Counted from the stretch's first letter, positions 31,172 through 44,954 are shown. The stretch is DNA of 64,000 nt from Botryllus schlosseri (GCA_051294905.1 CM119381.1:7874001-7938000), one strand, 5' to 3'. Notes: generated by a model from the sequence alone, not told the origin. Numbers and translations: made by a program.

Positions 31172-33301
31172 GAATTGCTCATCAATTATGCAGCCGTTGT
31201 ATAATTTATTGAAGGGAACAAATGCTCGGAGTAAGCTCAATTGGTCCAGTGTGGCACAGAATGCATTTGAGCAGATCAAAACAGCTTTGATAGATGCAGT
31301 GAGATTGGCTTTTCCGACATTCAAAGGACCTATACAGCTTGTGACAGATGCAAGTCAAGTTGTGTTGGGCGCAGTGATCAATGAGTACCAGAATGGGATA
31401 TATGTACCTCTGGTTTTCTTCAGCAAGAGTTTAACTGAGTCTCAGCGAAAGTGGTCAGCTGTGAACAGAGAGACGTACGCAGTATACATGGCTCTGCAGC
31501 ATTTTCGAGATTTTTGCATGGGCAGGTCAGTGAGCCTGGTCACGGACAGGCAGGTGTTGGCGAAGATGATTATCAATCCGAAGGAATGTGCGGACCCAGC
31601 TATGTTTCGGTACCTTGAGTACATTTATTACTTTGTGAACAAAACTATAGGTGTATCCGCGGTATTTTCAACTCCGTTTCTGATTGCTTGTCCCGTGTTG
31701 AGATTAACGAATTTGTCGTAACAGAGGGTTTGAAGCCTGATTTTATCAAGCGTATTGCAGCGGCACAAAAGGAGGACAAGGAATTTCAAGAATTTCGTCA
31801 GGCCAATTTGGATGAGACTGGTTTGCACTTAAGAGAGTTGAAGTTGTTGGGTAGCGAGACGGGCGTTGTTTGCCACGTGCCGCATACTAACGATAAATCC
31901 CAGAATTTGTCTGTAACGCCACGGGTTTGGGTCCCACGTCATATGAGGCGTGAATTGTTTGAACATGTACATTCTCTTTCGCACCCCGGAATGCGCGTGA
32001 CGTTAGCATTGGCCAAACGGCATTACGTTTTCCCTAACATGGACAGATGGTTACGAGAATCAGTGAGGGCATGTCCTATGTGTAACAAAAGCAAAATTAT
32101 TCGCCATGTACGCTCCGCATTGAAACATGTGCCGCGCCGTAGTGATCGCAATGCTGACATTTCAATTGACATCGCTGGTCCGCTTCGTGAAACGAAAGAT
32201 GGTAATCGATATTTCCTTATCATCGTTGATCGTGTCACAAATTATACTAATGCAGTCCCCCTGAAAAGACAAGATACTGACACGGTGATCCGTGCTTTGA
32301 TTGATGATTTTGTTAAAGATCGTGGAGCAACTATGGTTATAAGGTCCGACCGTGGCTCAGTGTTCACATCACATGAATGGGAAAAGTTCATGTCGGTGCT
32401 TGAATGTAAACAATCATTTTCGTTGGCACTTCTGCAACAGCAGAATTCGATCTCTGAGACGGGGATTCAGCGAATAAAGCGCGGTTTGCGGTGCGCTAAT
32501 AATCCCGCGGCATGGGATCAGCTATATTCTTTTGTAATTTTGTCATTGAATGCCTCTGTGCGAGAGGGATATGATTTTTCCGCGGCGGAAATGACCTATG
32601 GGGAAATGTGCGCTTGCCGGGAACCTATTTTGAGTATGACCCGAATAAGTTCAAAAATAGTCAAGCGGAGGTACTGTGTGATGTACGGGAATTTTTCGAG
32701 AACTTGAATTTCAATAAGTCTAACATCCGAACAAATGTAAATGCATACGTTCCGCCAAATCTGATGCTTTGTTCACATGTATATGTAAAAAACGAGAGAG
32801 GTAAAAAGACCGCGTTTGATTTCTGGTATGTGGGTCCGTACAGGGTGATCGAGAGATCGCAATCGGGTAAGGCCTTTACCTTATTAATCAAGGGTAAGGA
32901 GAAGGTTGTGTCGATTGACAGACTGAAAGTTTGTTACTTTCCGCCATTTGATGTAGATAAAGACATGTTCGATGACTTTGTGCAGCAGTTTCCGCCCGTT
33001 GATGCGGACAAAGTGGTACTAAACTCCGCGGTAAATCCGGGGGACGCGTGTGTAGTGTCGTCTAGTTGTGATGACAGCGGTAGCGACTGTCCGGGTAGTG
33101 TTGGTGACGCGTCTCCGACGCGTCTCGTGAGCGAATATCTGATAGGTTACCTGTTGAGGTCGATCGCGATAATCCATTTTGCACGATAACGCTAAGTCCC
33201 AAATATCTCGTGATTGCTGAAATCCCAACGAGACAAGCCCAAGATATACGTCCAGAGGGAGACGAATTGTTAGACCAAGACATTTGAAAGACTTTGTCTG
33301 A
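31172..33301 (+). pseudogene. pol: Element A Pol: RT connection, RNase H, integrase (frameshifted)
   Basis: Rejoins in frame with 13312 (STKNCSSIMQPL); LVTDASQ, HSLSHPG..CPMC, ISIDIAGP, SDRGSVF, GPYRV; ends TSRGRRIVRPRHLKDFV*. Confidence 0.9.
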
Positions 33302-33322
33302 GTAACTGCCCATAAAGGAAAG

Positions 33323-33434
33323 GTGTGGGTGAGGAAATTTACGCTTTGTGCTGTGGCATTGTATGTACATGCAGGTTTGCTGCCTCCTGTTCCTCCCGTG
33401 ATAAAAGGGAAGGTGTGTTCACCTAAGATCGCTG
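33323..33434 (+). pseudogene. env: env N-terminal fragment (signal-peptide-like) of element A
   Basis: VWVRKFTLCAVALYVHAGLLPP...VCSPK; rejoins in frame with 43159 after LINE removal. Confidence 0.7.
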
Positions 33435-33539
33435 ACATTCTGTTTGAGATGTCGTCGCGTACGCACGTCTTTTTCAGCCGCTCAATTCGTAAACTACGAG
33501 ATCGTAAATTGCCAGAGTGATTAGTTATCGAGGGCTAGG

Positions 33540-34504
33540 GTTTGATAGAAGTATCGTCGTCCGGAAAGCGTAAACTGGCGCACGTTGCTACGGATTCACT
33601 AGCCAGTGATAGCGACAGCGATGGACGTGCAGTTGCGATGGACGTGCAGTTCATGCTAAAGTGTCAGCTAAGGACTTTGCCAGTCAGCCGTCGACGCAGC
33701 CTTTTACTCTTCAATCCAAGTCAACGAAGTTACCCAATAATGGAAAGGCCGAACATAGCATAAGCAGCGGAATGAAAGTCGTTGTATCGGGTGAGGGTGT
33801 TTCAATGAAACGTCTTCACCCGACTGTAGCCATAGAGCCCTCTTTGCGATACTTGACGAATACGATGGGCCTCGTCCTCTAAAATCGGGGGACCTCCTCG
33901 TAACTTGCAAAACTCAGAAGCAAGTTGAAGCCCTTCTACAGTGCAACTGCCTGACCGATAAAGTCTCGGGCAAGTCAATTCAAATAAAAACCTCTCTGTG
34001 TCATAATAGGTCTTATACTGCCAGGGCGGTTATTTCTGGTGTCCCACTCGACATTCCAGACTCGGAACTCCTCGAAAACTTTGGTGAATTTGGTGTCTCT
34101 TCCGTCAAGCGCCTCAAGAAAAGAGCTGCTAAGGGCTACGAATTGTGTTCATCAGTTCTCCCGTGCTTCCGCTGCGATAAGATCCCTGAAAGTGTCACCT
34201 TCTCTTACCTTCGGTTCCGGACAAAACCCTATAACCCACCGCCGCTAAGATGCCATTGCTGTAACAGGTATGGCCACGATAAAGATTCTTGCAGGGGTAA
34301 AGCATGTTGTAGTTTATGTGGCAGCTCTGAGTATGAGCACTCATCCTGCACCAAAGACAAATTTTGTGTAAACTATAAAAAGTCACATAGTGCTGCCTAC
34401 GGTGGCTGCAAAGTGTACAAAACCGAAGCAAAACTTCAGATAATCAAAGTGCGCACCAAATTCAGCTATACAGAAGCGAAACAAATTCTTAGTTCTAGCC
34501 TCAT
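33540..34504 (+). pseudogene. LINE ORF1, 5' part (three zinc knuckles), frameshifted and cut by element B; continues at 38768-39152
   Basis: AVISGVP, PYNPPPLRCHCCNRYGH..C, CSLCG..H..C, CVNY..H.A.YGGC, SYTEAK. Confidence 0.85.
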
Positions 34505-34743
34505 TGTGGTGATTCAGTATACCTTTGACCACTAGATGGTGTTTCTGCTGATTGTTTTCTAATTGCCTTTACGTCGTGACTATTAAGTTCATCCTGTACT
34601 AGTTGGGTGCGGCATCGTTTCTGTTCGTTGTATCTGCATTAACTCTGTTTTATTGCCGTGTTATATTCAGATACACTAGCTTACTTTTATGTTAATAAAA
34701 GCCTAGGAACCGATCGTATTGAGTTCTATCGAAGGGTACAACA
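34505..34743 (+). repeat. 5' LTR of element B
   Basis: TGTGG...CAACA, near-identical to 38526-38762. Confidence 0.95.
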
Positions 34744-34772
34744 ATTTTATTAACATAAATGGTCATCTCAAC

Positions 34773-37700
34773 ATGGCGTTCGCTCAAGAAAAGTACATAC
34801 GTGTGCCAGTTTTGGATGTGATGCCTAGCTCGGCTGACTCACAGAAAGATGTTGGGAAAATTCTTAGTTGCCGCGCAGGCTTCCGCTTCAAACTCAACGG
34901 CTCCCAATCGATCGGATTCTGACCCTCCAGCTGAAGTGACTATAGATAAATTGGCTATTCTATATGGATATATATCGCCGGATGTGTTCGCTCTTGTAGA
35001 ACACCTCGCTACGTATGAATCCGCTCTCGAGACGCTATGCAAGCTCTACCAGAAAAAAAGAACTTGATCTACTCCAGACACCTCTTGGCAACCTCTCGCC
35101 AGGATCAAGGAGAAAGGGTCACGGCTTTTTCGCTAAAATTGCTAACTCTCGCTAAAGATTGCATGTTCTCTGCTGTAAATTCCGACGAGCATCAAAAGGA
35201 AGCAGTTCGCGACGCCTTGATTGCTGGCTTACTTTCGCCTACTATTCGTCTTAGATTATTGGAGCACGATGATATGACATTGAACAAAGCGGTTCAGATA
35301 GACGAATCTCTCGAGCGAGCTCAACAATTTTCGTATTCTTACGAGCCCATATCCATGCCCGTCTCTGCCGCCGTGAGTGCTGTGGGATCGGAACAGACGA
35401 CTAATAGCGATCAAGTCAAAATAACGCCGGAGGGGACCGGCGAAGTTGCATTCGTCACGAAAGCGTACAAGCATTGCCAATATTGCGGCCGTCAACATTA
35501 CCCTCTGCGCAAGGTCTGTCCCGCGAAAAACGCCGATTGCTATAAATGTGGATATAATGGCCATTTCGGTAAGGTATGCAAAAGTGGCACTCAAAATCGG
35601 AAGATTGCTGCGCCAGCGTTTTATTCTGATGAAGCCTCTCATTTGGCATCTCTAGTCGCCGGTGGAGCTGGTGCCGTGACGTTTAATTCCGCCGAAGTGG
35701 CGGATCTCGCTTCCCTGTTGATTGGAGTACCGAAATCACTCAAATACTCGGCTATCATCATCAATATAGCAGGATCGACTATGAAGGCGCTCGTCGACTC
35801 GGGGGCTTACGAATGCTTTATGAGACTATATTTTGCTAACTCGCTCGCACTCCCTCTGCATGGCCGGAATCCACTATTACTCTGGCATCGAAGGATTCCA
35901 CCTCTAAAGTATTGGGGCACGTTACTTTGTCATTCACAATACAGGAGCAGAAATACAGCGAAACACGTTTCGGAGTCGTAAACAACTTGTGCGCGGATGT
36001 GATCTTAGGATTGGAGTTTCTGAGAACTCACAAGAACGTCATTTTCAATTTCAACGGGCCTCGAAGCGACTTGATCATCGGTGAATCTCACTGTTCCGTC
36101 GCTGCCGCTAAAATCACGGAGACACCTAAGTTATTCCACTTCGTAGATAGAAATGTCGACCCGATCGCTGTGAAATCACGAAATTATTGCTCCGATGACG
36201 CCAAATTCATCAAAGAAGAGGTGTCAAGATTACTGAAAGAAGATGTGATAGAGAAGTCGGTCTCTCCGTGGCGAGCTCAGGTTTTAGTGACGAATGATGA
36301 ACGCCATAAAAAGCGGTTAGTGATCGACTATTCTCGAACTATTGATAGATATACGCCCTTGGATGCGTATCCGCTACTTAAAATCGAACATATTGTGAAT
36401 GAAGTCGCAAAAGGAACGGTATAGAGCACCATCGATCTGAAATCCGCCTATCATCAGGTGCCGCTTTGCCCGTCCGACCGTCCATTAACAGCTTTCGAAG
36501 CTGACGGTAATTTATACCAATTTCGTCGCTTGCCATTTGGTATAACAAATGGTGTTGCAGCTTTCCAGCGATTCATAGACAATTTTATCCAAAACCACAA
36601 CTTGCAAGGAACTATTGCTTACCTGGACCATGTTACTATTTATGGCAAAAATAGAAAAGAACACGATAAGAGGTTGAAACTTTTCATGACTTCAGCCAAT
36701 GCTGACGGGCTAACGCTGAACGAAAAGAAATGTGTGTTCTCTGTTGAAAAGTTGTCGCTCCTGGGGTACCTCATTTCCCATAACAAAATTCAACCTGATC
36801 CTAGCCATCTGAAACATTTTGATGGATATGCCCATGCCTAACAATGCAAAAGTTTGAAGCGCTGTCTAGGTATGTTCGCCTATTATTCGAAATGGATACC
36901 TTCGTTTTCGGAAAAAGCGAAACCATTGACTCGAAACAATGAATTCCCGTTGAAAACCGATGAACTCGAGGCTATTGAATCATTGAACAATAGTCTTATA
37001 GGTGCTTGCCTAAGTTGTATATATGACGACGACCCTTTCGAGGTTGCCTGTGATGCTTCCGACGTGGCCATCGCCGCCATACTAAGTCAAAGAGGCAGAC
37101 CTGTAGCGTTTATGTCGCATACTCTTTCCAAATGCGAGTCGAAATACAATATCGTTGAAAAAGATGCCCTCGCTATTATTGAGGCTATACGAAAATGGGG
37201 TTACTTGCTTCACCGCAACAAGTTCCGCCTTGTTACCGATCAAAAAGCGTAGTCATTCATATTCAGCAAAACTCGCGCTAGTAAAATCAAAAATGCTAAA
37301 TTATCGGCGTGGAAACTCGAATTGAGCGCCTTCAAGTATGAAATAATTCATCGCCCTGGTACTGAGAATGTTGTTCCGGATACATTTTCGCGTGTATGCT
37401 GCTCTTTGTCAAACTCAGGCTTGTCTCTCCATCAGATGCACGAAGCTCTTGCTCATCCCGGGGTACGACGGTTGCATCATTTTATTAGAGCGAAAAACTT
37501 GCCTTTCTCTATAGATGAAGTCAGAAAGATCTGCGCTAACTGCAGAATATGCACGGAAATCAAACCGCGATTCTATGAATCCAACATCCATCACCGTCTC
37601 ATCAAGTCGACTAGGCCGTGGGAGAGAATAAGTATCGATTTCAAAGGTCCTGTTGAAGGATCTCGAAAGTATCTGCTCGTAATTGTTGACGAATACAGCA

Positions 37701-38500
37701 GATTTCCATTTGCCTATCCATGCCGAGATATGACTTCCGCTACGGTTGTTAATTGTCTCACTGATCTATCTTCCTTGTTCGGTCTGCCCGAATATGTTCA
37801 CAGCGATCGTTCGAATTCGTTCTTATCAAAGGAAGTAACGACGTTTCTTACCCGTAAAGGCATAGCAACGAGCAAAACTACACCGTACCATCCCACTAGA
37901 AACTCTCAATGTGAGCGTTTGAATCAAACTCTTTGGAGATCGGTGAAAATGCTCTTGGCTTCACGAAAGTGACCTGAAAGTTCATGGGAAACTGTATTGC
38001 CAGATGCCCTTCACTCTATCCGTTCGCTTTTGTGTACTACTACTAATTCGTGCCCGCACGACAGATTTTTCAATTTCAGTAGGAGAAGTATGATGGGGGA
38101 ATCGGTTCCAGATTGGATACTCCAAGGGGGCTCCGTATTGCTGAGGAACTTCGCAAGGAGGAGTAAAACTGATCCGCTCGGAATCGAAGTCGATTTGCTC
38201 GAGGCTAACTCCAAATATGCCTTGATCCGGCATCCATCCGGGGTGGAATCGACGGTCTCTGTCAAGGACCTCGCACCTTATCCATCCTCTACCGAGCAGT
38301 CTCCACTCGATGACGGGGCTGTCGAACCGGACCAGTCAGCGGTAAACGACTCGTCTCTCGCTGAACCTACGGCTGATGTTACCAACAACGATGATTCTTC
38401 GGAAACTTCACAAGAAGTTGTCATTGATCCTCCACCTTTGAGAAGATCAAGTAGAATCAGACGTGCGCCTGAACGATATGGACAATCCTCTAAATATTGA
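34773..38500 (+). pseudogene. pol: Element B gag-pol (several stops and frameshifts)
   Basis: Two CCHC knuckles CQYCG..H..C and CYKCGYNGHFGKVC, LVDSGA, RLVIDYS, YLDHV, CDASD, HEALAHPG, ISIDFKGP, HSDR, NSQCER. Confidence 0.92.
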
Positions 38501-38525
38501 CTTTTCTTTTAATAGTGGGGGAGAT

Positions 38526-38762
38526 TGTGGTGATTCAGTACCTTTGACCACTAGATGGTGTTTATGCTGATTGTTTTCTGATTGCCTTTACGTCGTGACT
38601 ATTAAGTTCATCCTGTACTAGTTGGGTGCGGCATCGTTTCTGTTCGTTGTATCTGCATTAACTCTGTTTTATTGCCGTGTTATATTCAGATACACTAGCT
38701 TACTTTTATGTTAATAAAAGCCTAGGAACCGATCGTATTGAGTTCTATCGAAGGGTACAACA
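38526..38762 (+). repeat. 3' LTR of element B
   Basis: Direct repeat of 34505-34743. Confidence 0.95.
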
Positions 38763-39185
38763 CTCATAAACACCACCTTGCTTCCTGAACTGCCCAGCAG
38801 GTCTTTTAGTAAAGTGCTTCGTGAATCAATTGACGAACGTTCCCGTGAATCTGTGAAAACTCCGAAACATCGTCCCTCGGAAGCTCCGATTCATTCCACC
38901 GGTAGTCAAAAGTACATCTCCACTCCTGCTCCAAACGATGGTGATTTTTGGCACTTGAACCAACCGCAGGAGAACGAAGTTTCTTCAAATAATATGATGT
39001 CTTCATCTTTGCCATCTTTGCTACCTTCTAACAAAAGTCATTCAGACCTTCCTCAGTTATTGAGACTACTCGTGCAGATTGTACAATTCGCCATGAAGAC
39101 ATTCAAATCTGGTAAAAGTAATACCCTCGAAATAGTATCAAAAGCTGTCTAGAGCTTGGCCTCAGTGCTCCAGTACCCAATCGCA

Positions 39186-42100
39186 ATGGCCGCTAACGCC
39201 GTCAAATTTTTGCAGTGGAACTGCCGGGGAATTTACCGAAAGTTACCCAAATTGAAACAATTTATTAACAACCTCCCTTATCCACCTGACGTCATCCTAC
39301 TTCATGAGACCCATCTTATTGAAAAGTACACCCCCCATATACCCGGGTTCAGGACCTTCCGCAAGGACAAAACGGGTTCGGGTGGACTTGCGATATTCGT
39401 TCGAGAAACACACTCTCTTGCGGATGTTCATATCGTGTCGCCGTCTTGCATTGAAGTCATGTGTGTATCTATCGGGCATCTTCGTAAATGCAATGTTTAT
39501 GTAAGTCCAAACGCTATCCTGGAAGAGGACGCCTTCGTCTTCCTGGATTCACTGTCCTCCCAGTCGATCATATTTTTGGATTTTAATGCGCACCATCTAT
39601 CTTGGGGAAGCAGTAGCAACAGAAGGGGGCACCTCCTTTTGGGGGCTATCGATAGGAATCGCATGGTGATGCTGAATAGCAACACTCCTACCCGATTGAA
39701 TATCGCAGCCAATGCAATTAATCGTTATTCACTCATCGACCTCACTATAGCATCTGCTGACCTATCGTCAAGGTGCTGTTTAGAGGTCTTGGATACTTTG
39801 TTAGGAAGAGACCATTTCATTATATCAGCTACTTATAACAACCGTGTTCCGATGTCGGATACCAGGCAGTTCTCTTGGAATTACCGCAAAGCGGATTGGG
39901 TGGCATTCAGCAAAGTCGTCGAGAGAAACTTGGACTCCCATGGTTGTACTGATGTCGATAGCCTCAACGATCGTCTTTCGGCATGTGTTATCAGTGCGGC
40001 TCACAAGCACATCCCGAGGAAACGTCCGTCACATCATCGTAAGCCATCGGTGCCTTGGTGGAATGATTCGTGCGAAAGAGCTGTCAGACGTAAGAAAGCG
40101 GCGTTCTTGAAAATGGAAAGGAGTTTCATCTTGGCCGACATCATCGAGTTCAAACGACCAAGGTCGGAATGTCGCAAAACTATCCTAGTTTCCAAAAAAG
40201 AGAGCTGGCAAGAGTTCTGCTCTAGTCTCAACGATAAGAGCAATTACTCAAAAGTCTGGAAAGTTGTTCGCTCAATCTCAGGAGTTAGAACATATCAGCC
40301 CATACCTTCAATCATAGTCAATGGCGAATCAATATGCAGTGACAAAGCAAAAGCCGATGCATTATCTGCACGCTTTCAGTCGATCAGTAGTGATTGCAAT
40401 TACCCTGCCGAATTTCAAGCAAGGAAAAATGCCTTCGAGTACAATGCAAACTCTTGCACCTCTAGCTCGCCACCGAGTTGCGACGCCATTAACCACGCTT
40501 TTTCAATGGCTGAGTTGAAGGCAGCTATATCTTCGTGGAAAAATTCTAGTCCGGGCCGGGACGAGATAGGTTATCCTATGCTGAAGCATTTCTCAGAGAA
40601 GAGTCTAGCCTATATTCTCTACATGATAAACACCTCCGGGAGTTATAGATTACTTCCTGAAAAATGGAAGCGCTCAGTCATCGTACCAATTCCAAAAAAA
40701 GGACAAAGATCATTCCCTCGCAAAATCCTAGCGGCCCATCTCCCTTACTAGCCATGTTTGCAAGATCATGGCGGTCATGGTAACTAAGCGCTTAAGATGG
40801 TATCTCGAATCAAATGGTCCCATCAACGATGAACAATCTGGTTTCCGTCATGAGCGCAGTACGCTTGACAATATTCTTCGGTTACACGACGATGTCTATA
40901 AAGGTATTAATAATCGGTATTCTGTAATTGCAGTATTCTTGGACATACAGTCCGCTTACGATATGGTCTGGAGAAAAGGTCTCGTCTGCAAATTGACGAA
41001 GAATGGGGTCAAGGGTCAAATGCTAGATTGGATCAAGAACTTTTTGTCAACACGTTCTTTCCAAGTTCGTGTTGGTAATAACTTGTCTAACGTACACTAT
41101 CTGGAAAATGGCCTTCCACAAGGCAGTGTCATAAGCCCGCTTCTTTTTGCGGTAATGGTTTCTGATATTCCATCAACGGCCGATTGCTCCCACGCACTAT
41201 TTGCTGATGATGTTCTAATCTGGGACAGTGATTTGTCGAAGTCGAATTTTGTCCACACAGTACAAAGTTCCTTGAACGACTTGCAACATTGGTGTAATCA
41301 GTGGGGCCTGATATTATGCAAGGAAAAAACTGTCGCGATGCACTTTACACGTAAGCGCAACATCCCTCCCATTTCGCTATATCTGGAGGGGTCGGAAATT
41401 CCATTTGTGGTAACTTTCAAATACCTTGGTATTGTTTATGACAGAAGACTCTCATACAAACCTCACATAGAATATATCTCGTCTAAGTGTTGTAAGAGGC
41501 TTAACTTACTGCGAGTTTTGAGTGGCACGAGCTGGGGAGCCAGCAAGGGCACCCTCCTGTGCGTCTACCGTGCACTCATAAGATCTATTATGGACTATGG
41601 GTTGCCCGCATACTTCTGTGCGCCAGCCACCCATCTCAAGAAGATTCAATCAATCCAGTATAAGGCCCTTCGGATTTGTACCAATGCAATGACTAGTAAG
41701 CCGATATGTGTGCTCCAGGCCGAATGTCACGAGATGCCTTTTCATCTTCGATACCTTCTTATCTCGATGCACTATCGTTGTCACCTTTTAAATCAAGAGC
41801 CTGGAAATCAATTCGTTCAACATCTCATTCAAGACAGCTGGCACGAGAACTACAGCATGACGAGACCGAACTTTCGAACGTTCAATACGCTCACGAAATC
41901 GTCGCTATTTGACGGCGTTATATTGGACAATTACCACTTTCCATCTATTCCACCCTGGTTTCTGCCCCAGCCACATGTTGACCTCTCACTTTTGCACGAA
42001 TAACCGTCCCGCGATGTCTCCGGATCATTCGACCAGATTTTTTCGAGTCATGTGACCGATCACTATGCCGAATGCACTCCGATTTACACTGATGGGTCTA

Positions 42101-42951
42101 AATCAAGCGTTGGAGGAGGAGCTGCTTTTTATATTCCCTCGCTCGCAGTATCGGAAGTTCATCATTGCCATAGCGAGCAATCGGTTTTCTCCACGGAACT
42201 GACCGCAATCCAACGGACTGTTAACTGGATCTCCAGTAGTTCCCTGACGACGGATAGGTTCCTGATCATGTCCGACTGCTCCAGTGCTCTACTCTGCATT
42301 CGCAACTCTAATTTACAGCCCCACTGCAGACTGGTTGAGAAAATTCTCTCATGTCTTCTCGAATTACCACAGCGAAATATCGATGTGGCATTTTTGTGGA
42401 TTCCAGGGTACGCCGGGATCAGCGGAAACGAGGAAGCCGACCGGCTAGCGGAAACGGCATCCAACTATTCAGCCAATATCGGCCATCAATTGCCGATACT
42501 ATCAAGACTCGAGGTGCGGAAGATCATTCAGCGCTATTGTCTGGCTCTATGGGACGAAGAATATCAAGCATCCGAAAACGGAAATCATTATAAAATTTTT
42601 AATCGATCCATTGCGAACAAACCGCCGGCACGTAGAAACCGCGTCCAAGAAAGCATTCTGTTCCGTCTTCAGTCCGGCCACTGTCGTCTCAATAACCATT
42701 TGTTTAGGATAGGTTCAGTGGAATCTCCTCTTTGCTCTCTTTGTCGCTATCCTGAAACCACTGAATATTTTTTGATCAATTGCCTAAAATATGATTTCCA
42801 TCGTACTTTTCTCATTGCTAAATGTGCTGAAATGAATGTTGATTTCCGCCTTCAAATTATCCTCATGGAGGTTCGAATCATCCCTTTTACAATTGAATTT
42901 GTGTTATTCTGCAACCGTAATTTGTGTAAAGCCGTGAATCTGTGCTTTTGA
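39186..42951 (+). pseudogene. LINE ORF2: AP endonuclease, RT, RNase H, C-terminal CCHC
   Basis: QWNCRG, LHETH, DFNAH, SLIDLT, RDHF; FLDIQSAYD, GLPQGSVISP, FADD, YLG; YTDGSK, ELTAI, SDCSSAL, WIPGYAGISGNEEAD; frameshift near 40730 and stop at 42001-42003. Confidence 0.93.
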
Positions 42952-43158
42952 ACTGCTCTATAAATTCCCTTTTCTCGCCTGGATATTCTTTCGTATCACT
43001 GAAATGCTGTTAATTTTTTTTTGTCCATCCAATACGTACTCCATCGTGAACTGGTTTTCATATATTACGCAATTCTTGGTCGTGGTGCTAAAGACCAACA
43101 GGTGATAAGCGGCAAATCTTTCTTTTTAATAAACAACAACAACAACCTAAGCTCGCTG

Positions 43159-44954
43159 CGGAATTGTATGATATCACTAGTGCTAAATGCACGCGTCACA
43201 GTGTTGAACATATTCGCCACTGTAATAGTGGGGTATATCATCAAAATCGTCATAAGGCCAAGTTAAATGCAGTGGCATGCCATGTAATGTTGATTGAAAC
43301 TGAGACGTTTCGATACGTGTTTGGGTCCACTGAGGCTACTTGTCAGTCTCGCGTGGGATCGCCTATTTCTGCTCGGGATTGCGCCGCGTATGTGAAAAAT
43401 GGGGACGGTAAATTTGGTCCGTTGATCACCATTAGCCCTGTGTTGTTGCGTACGAACAACACGGCTGAATACAGTTATGTGTACTTGCGGACTTGCCAAA
43501 CTATCGTGACAAATGTTTTCGTGTTAAAAACGGGCATGATGTATGATCATGAAAAGAACGAATTGTCTTCGCCTTCATCGTTTACTGACGGATGTCGTGT
43601 AATGCAAGGTTTATGTGAAACGGAAACGTATACGTTTGTGTGGGATGCGAGTGTGAAACTCGTAGGCCCGAACTTGGAAATTGAGACTAACACCTCTATG
43701 GTAATGTATTCAGACGAGGATAAGAAAGTATCACGTATCGAACTCCCATTTTTAGGCATGTCTTTTCACGAGTGGTATGAATGAGGTAAAATAAATTCGG
43801 ATTGTTTTGTGGATCATGACTTGATTTGTACGTATAGTGGTTTAGTATTAAAAAATGTTGAATGCGCAGACTACGAAATTAGTGATTCATTTGCTATGAA
43901 CATGACCCATCTTAACATAGGGAGCCTTTTATCGGCGATATTGCAGAATATTGAGGATAGGAGTGTAGCCGCTAACAAGGGTACACAAAGCACGTTAAAT
44001 GCAATTCATTGCCAGATGGAAAACATTGTGGTGTCAAATATGAGAATTTTGGCGAATTCTCACCCTAGTGCTGTGTTGTCCACGTTGATGTATCGCCCCG
44101 TACGGTCGATCAAAGTTGGCGATGCGTTCGTGGTAATGCATTGTACGGACGTAAACGCGACTTTGTTGGACAGTTTGGTGCATGAAGGTGTTGTGTCAGC
44201 AAGACCTCTTGTAATGTTTACGGACTACGAAAGCAAAAATAGAATTGGTCAAATATATTACGGTGATACAATCCAGAAGGGAGTCCGTGATGTCGAAACC
44301 ACAAATCCTAAACGTAATACCCATTTGGTAAAGTTGTTCAAAATTAATGGCATTTTCTTCAAATTCTACAACAATTCATTAGTGTCGGTGAATGTAACTG
44401 TGCGCCGTCTTATCCCAAACATTCATGATATTGAAATTCCGTATAAGGAAGTTGATTATTTGGCCGTCATGACTGAGTTGTTTGGAGGTGAGGATGTTGA
44501 GGCCGGTGCTGATGTGGAATCGGTAATGTTTAAAACCACATCTGACTTCGTTAGGCACGCTCAAGCAGTACGTCGACTCGCGAGAGACGTTACTGGTTCG
44601 GTAGTGGTTAGAGAAGGTGAGGGGGTAGTTTCGGTGCTGGGTAAAATCGGCGGATGGTTCAAGAATTCCTTTCTGGGTTTGCTCGGAATGATTACTGGTC
44701 CCGCTGGTCGGGTTATATCGGTAATGGTAGCGGCCTTCGTAGTGATTGTTGCTTGTGGGGTATGTGGGAAGTTTACACGGTACGGGATGAGAGGCTCTAA
44801 AAAGTTGCGGATGTCGCGCGCTAATAGTGAAAATGAGAATGATCGCATCAAAATTAGAAAATTACTGCAAAAATATAGAAATCGAAGGGAAGCGGAAATT
44901 GATAGAGATGGTAATTCTAGTGATAAAGTCGAAGAGGTGAACGACAGTGAATAG
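43159..44954 (+). pseudogene. env: env of element A: class III fusogen-like glycoprotein (herpesvirus gB-like), in-frame stop at 43782-43784
   Basis: HCQ...SHPSAVLSTLMYRPVRSIKVGDAFVVMHCTDV and SARPLVMF align with gB WC...NPS..RPV.AR.LGDV..V..C..V and CYSRPLVSF; MPR-like GKIGGWFKNSFLG, TM helix, basic tail, N-glycosylation sequons. Confidence 0.78.

Larger units (their letters stand above)
34505..38762 (+). mobile_element. Element B: Mag-type Gypsy LTR retrotransposon nested in LINE ORF1
   Basis: LTRs 34505-34743 and 38526-38762 (2 substitutions plus one 2-bp indel), perfect 5-bp TSD CTCAT, PPT 38514-38524. Confidence 0.95.
33435..43144 (+). mobile_element. Full-length I-clade (Nimb/I-like) LINE with RNase H, inserted in env
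   Basis: 14-bp TSD ACCTAAG(A/C)TCGCTG (33421-33434, 43145-43158), 5' ACATT start, AATAAA plus (AAC)n tail, ORF1 and ORF2. Confidence 0.92.
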
